Source: the human T2T-CHM13v2.0 reference genome, Homo sapiens. From it: a stretch of DNA of 64,000 bases. The notes below the pieces were generated by a model. The model saw only the letters and a program-made list of their open reading frames with translations. It was not told the DNA's origin and searched no databases. Location: NCBI GenBank assembly GCA_009914755.4, contig CP068257.2, forward strand, positions 25,920,001 through 25,984,000. Reading direction: 5' to 3'. The position numbers and the translations under genes were made by a program. Of the stretch, positions 13,266 to 27,340 are shown one piece after another (position 1 is the stretch's first letter; each line of letters begins with the position of its first letter).

Positions 13266-14506
13266 ATGGTCTTTTTTCCACATATTAGGGAGTTGAACAT
13301 TAAGATGCAAGACACTGGGAGTTAGAGGCAAGAGACTCTAAAAGGAAACTCCTATCACAATGCTATCAATTTTAGGAAGGTAATATTGGCAATAGAATTT
13401 TCTGTAGAAGGTGGATTCCCCTCCTCCTTTGGATATATGTTTATTAGATTCAACGAATTCCATAACAAGAAGTAGAGAATATTACTCCTCAGAGATTGGT
13501 GTGAAATTCAAACTCCCAAGGTATTACAGATGCAATGTTACTGGATAGAGCTATGGTGACCATAAAATTTATCATCCATACTGGATACTTATGAGAGCAA
13601 TTTGGCACTCCAACAATAATTAAAACTAGTTGATTTTTGAAACTTTTTGACAAGGAAATTGATGTTTATATTAGTGGGCATATAAAATAATTTTCTATTA
13701 TAAACAATTTTCAAACAGAAATATTTCCAAAAAACATACACACACATTAAAGCAAAATTAAAAAAAATATAAACACAATAATTTTCTTTGGTACATAGTC
13801 ACATTCTTAACTATACCTGATCTAGATATAACTGTCTCCAAATACCAAGTCACTGGAATTTTTTTTTCCAATTTTCAGTTATGCTTTTGAGATTATACGG
13901 TATTGTCCAGAATTGTTGTCACAGTTGAATTTAATGATTTAAAATAACATTTTACCTGTAAGACACTAACATTTTTTAACTGAGAAAACACTCTGTCTAG
14001 AAAAACTCAGTAATATGAGAATTTTCTCAAGTATAGTGTTCACTTCATATTGAAATGTCTTAATATTTCAGCCTAAATATTTTAATATTTAGTAGTTTTC
14101 CTGCCTTTAAATGTTTTTCAACAAATATTTTGAAAAACAAAACTCATCATTATAAATCATCTTTATTTATGTTCTTTTTATTAAATGCTGAAAAATGATA
14201 GGGTTTTTATTTCACTCATTAGCTTTTTCACAAATATTTTGTTGTTCAGTTATACTCAGCATGTATACAATATTAGTCGATTTTGGATAAAATGTAAAAA
14301 TGTTGACCATGCCAAAAAGAAATAAGTCAAACTTCAGTTTTTAATTGTTGTAATATCAGAACTTAATAGGTATGCATACCATATGCAAACCATAACCAAA
14401 TTCAAATGAAGTCCATTTCTATTCCATGTCTTTATTCAATGCTGAGAAATGTGAGCAATTTTCAATTTCAATCTATGATAGTACAGAATATAAACATATT
14501 TGATGA

Positions 14507-16968
<2,462 letters not shown>

Positions 16969-17173
16969 CACACCTGCAACTACATGTGTTAAATTTCCAT
17001 CTTGAATATAAACTTACTAACATTAACATACAAGTAACTTTTGCAGTAGTTGCTGATGCTTCTTCCTCAGAGTTGCATCTTTTGATTTTCACATAGCCAG
17101 TGAAACTACTGTGGCTCACAGAGTAGACGTGACTGTTACAGCATTTATGAAAAATCAATTTGTATCATAAACT

Positions 17174-17450
17174 TTTTTTTTTTTTGAGACAGGGTCTCAC
17201 TTTGTTATCCAGTCTGGAGTGCAGTGGTATGATCTCGACTTCCAGGGCACAAGTGATTCTCTCGCATCAGCATCCTGAGTAGCTGGGACTACAGGCACAT
17301 GCCACCATGCCCAGCTTATTTTTGCATTTTTTGTAGAGATGAGGTTTCACCATGTTACCCAGGCTGGTCTTCAACTCCTGAGCTCAAGTGATCCACCCAC
17401 CTCTGCCTTCCAAAGTGACAGGATTACAGGTGTGCACCACCACTCTCGGC
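17174..17450 (-). mobile_element. Alu SINE (antisense)
   Basis: T-run then 'gagacagggtctcactttgttatccagtctggagtgcagtgg ... ggattacaggtgtgcaccaccactctcggc'. Confidence 0.93.
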
Positions 17451-19029
17451 TATCATCAACTTTCTTGAGAAATAAAAATTCAGCCTTTAACATTTTATTA
17501 TATATGCCCTTCATTGCTTACAACTTTGCTGCTTTAAGGGTTTACCGCAAAACTAAAAACCAGACAATGTCATTAATGAACAATACCATATACTCTCCCT
17601 AGCACTTTCCATGAGGCGACCCAAAGTGGTAACAATTAACAGTTGCTGTGTATGAAACGGCCTCGCTCAGGAGGAAACACGGCCCCTCAGATGAACTGGT
17701 AAGTCAAAACTGTGAAAGGTCTCAATTTCAGATTTGACCATAATTACAAGACTGGCATACCACAATTTCACATGTGTATACTGAGAAAAGGCATCAGATC
17801 CCTGGATCAGAGACACAGGTGTTTTTTTGGTAACAATAGAAGCCACAGCTGGCTTCTCTTCATCACTTCCAAAACCCCCACAGAGTGACACAAATTGCAG
17901 CTATATGTTCACCCGTGCATGCAGGAGGTCATATCACAGAATTAGAACCCCAAAATTAAGAGAATCTGATTTTTCATCAGAGTTTCTGGTGACCAATCTC
18001 TTCCTTAGAGACAGATTACGCATGTTAAACCAAGTTTAGACTAAAACTGCCTCCTTACATATTTTAAGTTTGAACGAAAGGTTTTTGTGTACGTAGTGAA
18101 CAATAACAAGTGGAGCTGTGGTAAACAGACCGTAGCCTACACTTGTGCCAATCACTGAGTTTTGGCCAGTCAAATGTAGCCAACTGTTCAAAGCCTGTTC
18201 AAATAAGGCAAACACCAACCTGTAACCAATTCAGCTGTTTCTGTACCTCATTTCCGATTTCTGCACGTCGCTTTCCTTTTTCTGTCCCTAAGTCTTTTTC
18301 CACCACGTGGCTGCGCTGAAGTCTTTGAGCCTAGGCTGGCTCAGAAGGCTGTCGGATTGGCAAACCGTTCTTTGCTCAATTAAACTCCTTTAAAGTTAAT
18401 TTGGCAGAAATTTTTATTTTATCAGGTAGTGTCAAGTTAGGCAGAGGGCAAAATTGCACAAGAGAAAAGGGTGAATGGCACTAGGTACATCTCTTTAAGG
18501 TTGTAGGTATGGGTGCTACTGAGGTAACTATGGAAGTAGGAGGAACAGAAAATGGAACAAGATTTTAGTTTACAACATCTGTTTCACCTTGGAATATAAA
18601 GAAAAGTCATCCCCTAAGATGTGATGGCTGTGAAAATATAGCTGAGACCTAAAATAAACTGGCAAAAATTTGACACGGTGGTTAAAGGTGTTATCTCAGA
18701 ATAGTGAACTTCTCTATTGCAATCACTCTATTGTTGTTGTAAGGCAAACATTCCTTTTATCCTCTTTGAGCCATATTCTTTCAAAGGAATAAGTGTTATA
18801 CATGCAACTATAATTAACCAAAATGAACCCGCTGTTATTCCTTGGAGAATTCTGTCCTATATATTCCACATATTGATTTTTTCTGTGTATAATTTGGGCC
18901 TTTAATTACTTCATCAAAATTACCTATTGGAGTACTTAAATTATTAAAGAAACAAAAATATCCACTGGATAAATTACCTCTACTTTAATGGAAACATATA
19001 TAGAGTTCTAGAAACATCTTTAGGTCCTA

Positions 19030-19140
19030 CAAAAATTTTATTTTACTTTATTTATTTTATTTTATTTTGTTTTATTGTTTTAGAAACAAGGTCTTGCTCT
19101 GTAGCACAGGCTGGAGTGCAGGGCCATGATCATAGCATGG
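19030..19140 (-). mobile_element. (TTTTA)n-like tail plus short Alu fragment (antisense)
   Basis: 'tttattttattttattttgttttattgttttagaaacaaggtcttgctctgtagcacaggctggagtgcagggccatgatcatagc'. Confidence 0.6.
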
Positions 19141-19279
19141 CATTAGCCACAGTGGCTGACAAATACTTTTAATGAAATGAAACTATATTTCTGACATGAA
19201 TCACACAGTGGTTATCTGATATTATTATAAGTTTACCACATCCATTAGATGAAATATGACCCATTCATTCTTTGGCTAA

Positions 19280-19969
<690 letters not shown>

Positions 19970-20681
19970 TGACTTATAAATGACATTTTACTTAGTCGTG
20001 TTTATTGTGAGTCATCTATATCAAAGAACTATTGTTATAAGGTGTTTTACACATTCCTATCGCACGTAAAAAGAAGAAGTGGAGTTAGAATGCATTCCAT
20101 GAGTATGCCTCGCTTTTAAGTATGTAATTATGAGCTGCAAACCATGAAACACTGTCTATGACACATCTTTAATGATACATTTTCAGAGCAGTACATCATA
20201 GCAACTGTGAGAAGTTAAAGCTTTAAATGAAGTCAATTCTATAGGATTCTTCTTTATATTAGGCTTTGATTGTCAATCTATGTATGCAACTTAAATACTA
20301 TATATACATACATATAAAAACATACACCAACTATACAAATTAGAACATGTATATAAACTATATAACTGTATTTAGTATTAAAGTTATTTACACTTTGACA
20401 GCAAATTGTTTTTAAACATATGTGAGGTTATATCTGTTTCTTTGTATATTAATTAATATGTGTGTATAGATATATTATTTTAAAATACAGATATATATGT
20501 GTGTATATATTTTTTTCTTTAAATTTGGTTGGAAAAACTCTAGAAATATGTATTTTAAGATCAGAGCATAAAGAATTTCTATAATTTAAAATATTACAAA
20601 TAAATAGCATCTGTAGCTTTGCTGGATATGACTAAACATTTCAATAACTCTGTTTTTGTATGATTCTATAAAAAATAATTA

Positions 20682-20960
20682 GGCTGAGTGCCATAGCTCA
20701 TACCTGTAATCCTAGCACTTTGGGAGGCCAAGGTGGGAAGATTGCTTGGGCTTAGGGGTTAAAGCCCACTCTGGGCAACATAGCAAGACCTTGTCTCTAC
20801 AAAAAATTAAAAAATTAGCCAGGCATGGTGGCTAATACCTGTAGTCCCAGCCACTTGGGAGGCTGAGGTAGGGGGATTACTTGAGCCCAGGAGTTTAAGG
20901 CTCCAGTGAGCTACCATCATATCACTGCACTCCAGCCTGGGTGACAGAATAATAGAATAA
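20682..20960 (+). mobile_element. Alu SINE (sense)
   Basis: 'ggctgagtgccatagctcatacctgtaatcctagcactttgggaggccaagg ... cactgcactccagcctgggtgacagaataatagaataa'. Confidence 0.93.
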
Positions 20961-22705
20961 TTGTATTTTATCATTTTTAATATGTTTGCTGTCCCATTTT
21001 GAATACATTTCATTTTAATTCATTTCTTGTTAGGGATGTTTTAGTGGGCATATATTATTTGAACCACTTAGCATCTATTCCCACTTCAAATGGAAATGCT
21101 CTGATTGACCTCTCAGGCTCCATGACTTGGCAGAAGTCATTGATACCCTGGTCTTGGGCTGGGCTGATTACTCAGTCCTAAGCAATCAAAGGATTGCACC
21201 TTCCTTACCTAACGCAGATCAGGGCCAACAAGAAAGGGATCGTGAGGCTACCAAATGCAGATCATACACTGATGCTCACACTTGTGGTACTTCTAATACA
21301 ACTGCTAAACTAAAATGTATATTTATTGTTAATATTTCTTTCTTTTGTGAATTCATATTCTTCAACCTAATTTTAACTGAGCTATTCATATCTTATGAGT
21401 ATTATTGATAAGGTATCTCCATTTTCTCAGTCTCATGTTTCTATTTGAAGAGAATTTCAGTTTGAATGATATTCCTGGCTTCTCTCTCCAATTATAACTC
21501 ATTTTTCTCCATGGGGGATAATATGACTTAACTAAATGGTATGTTTGAGAGAAGAAACTGAGCATACTTAAACCACCCTCTTTACCTCAGAGCTAGAAGT
21601 GTTGGAGTGGGGCACACTCCAAAATTATTCTAGAATAATTTTTCTAGAATACATTTATTGGTTCTCAATTGTTGTGTTGTTACAAACTGCCACAAAACTG
21701 AATGCTTAAAACAACTATTAATATTTGGCTCACAAATGTGTGTAATCTGCCATTGTGGCTGGGGTCAGTAGTGCAGTTTTTTTCTGCTGGTTTTTGCTGG
21801 GCTCACTCATACATCTGCAGATAGTTGACGTGTAACTAAGTAACCTACCCCTGTTAATTGGCTAGCTATTGGCTGAGGTCTGGAAAAATGTCAGAAAAAA
21901 ATATATTATTATTCTGAGACTGGGAGAGCAGAGAAAAAGCTGTTCTGGGGATTCAGATGATGACACCAAGATAGCTGGCAAAATTATCTTATAAATTTTG
22001 CCAAGATTATTTGCCAGGTAGAACATGGACAGTGTAATTTCGCTTATTTTGTTTCCTTTAATAAGAAATGAAGCAAAAGAGATGAGCTGAAGGAATTATT
22101 TATTTTGTGATCAGAATTTTGAGGAAATATACAGGGACCGGTTGGACAGAAAGACAACATTTCTTCTATCCTTAGTTTCAAAAGCGGCTAAAAGTTTCTT
22201 AAAATAAATGAGGCCTGTGGCCAAAAATTATTCAAACATGGATGTGAGACTCTTTAAAGCTCAGAAAGATTTTGAATCTGATAGACCATCTCAAGCTAGA
22301 AGAATGGATTTCAAGACTCTCTAGGCCTAGTCCCATAACAGCCCAACACTTGCCCAAAGTAGAGAGTGGGCTTTTTGGAAAGCAAATGTAGATATGGCTT
22401 TATTTTTTTTTCTAACATACTAGAGTATAATCCATTGTTTAGAAATCCCATGAACTCTTCAAAAGAATTTATCAGCGAATCAAAGCCAGTTCGGACTAAG
22501 GAGCTGGAAGTTCTCAAATTGAAAATAGGTTTCCGGGCCACCAAATATCTTTGAAAAGAAAACTGGATGAGAAAACTCTTTAGCTGCTGACACAGGTTGG
22601 TTCTCAGGGAAAAGGAAAACAGATCAGAAGGAAGAACCCAAAATCCAGAGGGTTTAGCTAAGATCTACAGAATTTGTAAATTATTTTAAACTGAATGAAA
22701 TCATC

Positions 22706-22868
22706 CAGGTGCCGTGGCATGTGCCTGTAGTCTCAGCTACTCAGGAGGCTGAGGTGGGAGGACTGTTTGACCCCAGGAGTTCACGGCTATACTACAGTAT
22801 GCTCATGTCTATGTTGTCACTGCACTCCAGCCGGTTGATATAGCCAGACCCTGTCTCTAAAAATAAAC
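22706..22868 (+). mobile_element. Alu right-monomer fragment (sense) with a small internal insertion
   Basis: 'ccaggtgccgtggcatgtgcctgtagtctcagctactcaggaggctgaggtgggagg ... cactgcactccagcc ... gaccctgtctctaaaaataaacc'. Confidence 0.8.
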
Positions 22869-23786
22869 CAAACACATGAGATCAAGCTTAATAGTCTAAG
22901 AGCTATGTTTATTTATTTATAAATTTGCCTACCTGGGTGCTTCAATAGTCAACACACAAATCTGGCAATTCTCTATAAGAGTTCTGGTCATTTAAGCTTT
23001 CTTGAGCTTCTGCTGTAGATAGTGACATGAAGTCTGCAACCATTATAACCAACTCCAATTTCTAAAGATTCCATGTCTTTTTTTTTCCCCTATGTATTCC
23101 CAAAAGCTTGAGAATTTCTTGAATGGCTCATTTTCAATGTACTAATGGGAGCCAAAAGATGACACACTAGCTATTGGGTTTGGACAATTATTTTAGTTGA
23201 AGTTAGACCGACCAATTTTCTGAATCTGGTGGAAATCTCAGGCACTAGGAACTCTGGGGATGGACCACCATTCTTTCATATTATATTTCTGAAGCTCTTA
23301 GCCAAATAGCAAGCAATCTCTGAGTCATAAAATTACTTGAAATCCTGTTTTGGTTATTTCCAGTGGAGAGCAGGCCACTGTAGAGATATTTAGGTACAAT
23401 AGTATCTGGTATCTGTCAATTGATTATGTGAGCAGAGGTGGTACAGCTTTGGTGAACTGGGCTGCTGAGCGCCAGATCGAGCCCATGGCCGTGAAGCAGG
23501 GCAGTTAAGAGCCATCGTAGGGGTGGGTCTCTCTAGTGGCAGAAGCAAATTGCCAAATAATAGTTTGTCTGAGAGAGGAGATCTACAGGGAGATGATACT
23601 CTAGCTATGATGGCAAAATCGGTCCCAGTTAGAATGACAGTGCAGAGATAATGACCAAATCTTCTGCTGAGGCTGCTACCACCAAGGCTAAAGGACCCTC
23701 TTCAACTGAAATATTTAAAAAGAATGATTGCACGGGAATGAAAACCTCAGAAGTTATTACTCTTTAACATATTTGCAGGAAGTTAA

Positions 23787-24152
<366 letters not shown>

Positions 24153-24683
24153 TGAATAATCCCTTTTCTTAAGAGCATGACTTCAATTGCAGCCTGAAAT
24201 CTGGCCAGGGTACATGAGCATAGCCCCCCTTATGATTGTACCCTGCATCTGATACAGAAGATTCTCAAGTGTCATCAATCTTCTAAAATACAAAAAGATT
24301 TTACGTATTAAAAAGATGAATTACTTTTATGTCTTTAAAAGCAACAATGCTGTTTGGAGGCATCTGTTTTTAGAAATTCTGAAATCAATCTTTAAGCTAG
24401 AGGTAGAAGCAACATTAACAAATTTACGATTAGGGAGTGAGACAAGAATTAGGTTTAGATAGGATAATCTAAATTTCTTAATATGGGTTAAAAAAGACTA
24501 GTCACAAGAAAAACAGGGTTAAACATATTCCTTTATAACTTTTAAAATTATTTTAAGTATTAGCAAGCAAAAGGAAAAGCAATTTATGATAAAATCATCA
24601 GATTAGCAGTAAAACTTACTTTTCAAGTTTGCGTTATTCATGGGGGCATATTCGCATCACATTCCTTTCATTATGCTCAGGAT

Positions 24684-24980
24684 AGCTGGGCATGGTGGTT
24701 CATGTCTGTAATCCCAGCACTTTGGGAGACCAAAGCAGTGGGATCACTTGAAGTCAGGATTGATTGGCACCCAGCCTGGACATCAAAGCGGGACCTTGCC
24801 TTTGCAAAATAAAAATAAGAAAATTAGCTTGGTGTAGTGGCATGTGCCTATAGTCTCAGCTACTCAGGAGGCTGAGGTGGGAAGATTATTTGAGCCTAGG
24901 AGTTTGAGGCTTCAGTGAGCTGTGGTCACAACACTGCACTCCAGCCTGGGTGACAGTGTGAAACCCCAACTCAAAAAAAC
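24684..24980 (+). mobile_element. Alu SINE (sense)
   Basis: 'agctgggcatggtggttcatgtctgtaatcccagcactttgggagaccaaagc ... cactgcactccagcctgggtgacagtgtgaaaccccaactcaaaaaaacaa'. Confidence 0.93.
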
Positions 24981-26284
24981 AATATTAAGATATAGATATT
25001 GCTTAATGTCTTTTCATTTCAACTTTGATAAAACAACAAAGCAAATAATTCCAAAATATATTTCTCATATTAAAAGTGACCTGCCCCCATTGAAAGAAAT
25101 GTATCATGTTTTGTTTTGCTACATGCATGCATTTGTTGCATCAGTGAAACACGTGAAGTTACTGCAGTGAGGTGTGAACGGGAGCATGAGTTACTCAAAA
25201 GAAATTATGTGCAAAACCATGTATACTGAGGCCTTTGTGAGTTAATTTCTTTTTGAAGTTGGCTGCAGAACTTTGTGGTTTGGTTTCCATTCAGTAAATA
25301 TTCCCAGTGTTTACATAATGCCAAGCAAAGGGACACATGTTGTGGAAGTTTGTTAGAGGGATTCGAACTTTAGGATGAATCTTTTAGTGGAAATTGAAAA
25401 ACAAACAAGATTTATCTTAAAGAAGTATATATTTAATATATATGAAATACAAGTAATCCGATGTGCAGCATATTCATTCAATGGAATCTTTCTTTGTGTT
25501 GTTTTAAGAGTATTTACAAAAATGAAAGAAAAACTGCAGATAAGTTTTCTTTTATAATCAGGAGCAATGTTTAATTATTTATGAAATCTAAAATTAATAA
25601 AAATATATGCATTATCTTTTAGAACAATAATTATAATGGAAGCTATGTTACCATTTACATTTTCTTTTGGAAACACTTTATAATCATTATGGGTTTTGGG
25701 AATTTTCAGAGGCACTAATGCATCGTCAGTATTCGGTAATTCTGAAAAATAAAAGTACCGACATTAAGAAATATTCACTGACATGTGGTCGATTCTCGGA
25801 TATGAATCCGATGGTCCTCGAAACATGGAAAGTCTGCTGTCACGCTGCACGCCACATCCTGTCAGAACTGGAGTCACACTACAAATCACTTAAATGAGGC
25901 TGGAAACCTTTCCAGACAATAGAATGTGTAACTCTTGAAAATGAAACAGAGTGACTGGATCACTCCTTGGTCATCATCACACTGAAATAACATTCAGTGT
26001 TTAGCAGTGAAGAATAGGTTAATTGTAAGTGACTGGAATATAAGGTTACAAAGAAAATGATTTAGCGGCAATATGTAGTAAAAAAATTCTCTTTCAACAG
26101 CAAGTTTTGCAATTTCATAATTTCAAAAGGGCATTTAATGAAAAGGTTTCCTCTTATCCTGGCCACAATTCCCTTCTTTAGTGGTGATATTTTTAACTTC
26201 TTACAGACTCTTTCAGAATATGTATATGGTTATATGAGTAAAGTTAAATATACACTCTTAGTTTCTCCATTTTATTACACAATT

Positions 26285-26560
26285 GTATGCTCACATATAT
26301 GATATATATTTTATATATTGTTATATGACATATATTTTATATATTATGTTATATGACATATATATTATATGACATATATTTTATATATTATGTTATATGA
26401 CATATATTATATGACATATAGTTTATATATATTTGATATGTATTGTACTGCATGATATATAGTTTATATATTACATTATGTGACACATATTTTATATATA
26501 TTATATTATGTGACATATATTTTATATATATTATATATATATAACTTTTAGAACCTGGCT
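26285..26560. repeat. AT-rich minisatellite (degenerate ~28-45-bp units such as 'tatatgacatatattttatatattatgt')
   Basis: At least 8 tandem, slightly variable units read directly; explains the ORF-track 63-aa Y/I-rich minus-strand ORF. Confidence 0.9.
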
Positions 26561-27064
26561 GTCTTCTTTTATTCTGCAATCAATATATCTAACATATCCT
26601 TCTACTTTAATATTGAAAGTTTTTTTCCTTGTTAATAATCATATTTAATATTTTTATTTATTTAAATAAACACATACATACATCATGTTCATTTACTCAG
26701 ATGACAATCTAAGTGTGATATTAGTTTATTTAAGCAGTTGTTTTTGATGGATAATCACTGTCCAAACCTTGACTAGGAAAAGAAAATGGCTACAACGAAT
26801 ACCCACTATGTTCCTTATTGTACACATGTGTGAGTACATGTTTGTAAGATACATTCTTAAAAATGGCACTGCCTTTTCATAGACCGCATGTGTCTTCAAT
26901 TTCAGTAGCTATTGCCTAGTTAAGTATGTTATTGATCTTTCAGATTTTTGCCAAGCCCCAAAGGTAAAAACCGGCAGTATAAGGTTTTTCTTTCCTTAAT
27001 TTTAACCAGTATGATTGATGCTAAGTCTGTTTAAAATGAATTAGAACATGAGGTTGACCTTGAT

Positions 27065-27340
27065 GAAGACAAAAGAAAAAGGAATATAGAAAGAGAGAAA
27101 GGAAGGGAGAGAGGGAAGAAAAAAGAGAAGAAAGGAACAAAAGATGGAAGGAAGGAAAAGAAAGTGAGAAAGGGAAGAGAGAAGGACAGGAAACAAGGAA
27201 AAAAGATGGAAGAAGGTAAGAGGAAATGAGAAAAAAAGGAAGAGAGAGAGAAAGAAAAAGAGAAAGAAAGAAAAAGGAGGAAGGAAGAAAGAACAGAAAG
27301 AAGGGAGGAAGGGAGGAAGACAGTGCTGTGGAACATATTC
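27065..27340. repeat. Polypurine (GAAA/GGAA/GAGA)n tract, ~275 bp
   Basis: 'gaaaaaggaatatagaaagagagaaaggaagggagagagggaagaaaaaagagaagaaagg...' essentially C/T-free on the + strand; explains the three overlapping S/F/L-rich minus-strand ORFs at 27021-27433. Confidence 0.95.

Noticed and set aside
12318-13281. Three overlapping minus-strand ORFs of 150-192 aa
   Set aside because: They are translations of the polypurine/polypyrimidine simple repeat (S/I/L/P/T/Y low-complexity peptides). They have no start context and no domain-like sequence.
23400-23560. CpG-containing stretch ('gctgagcgccagatcgagcccatggccgtgaagcagggcag...ccatcgtagg') as an exon or ERV coding remnant
   Set aside because: There is no ORF of 60 aa or more and no splice-signal pair. 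It may be a decayed ERV/old repeat internal fragment, but I cannot assign it, so it is left unannotated.
25667-25897. 76-aa ORF spanning the CpG-dense patch as a small protein
   Set aside because: It has no Kozak/initiation context or codon-usage signal that I can defend, and it is too short. The CpG patch itself is reported as a finding, but a coding call is unsupported.
26285-26560. Repeat-spacer-like periodicity (and the 3 x 41-bp array at 31051-31173) as CRISPR arrays
   Set aside because: The units are direct tandem copies with no unique spacers between them, and the host sequence is primate nuclear DNA full of Alu/L1. These are minisatellite or slippage expansions, not CRISPR.
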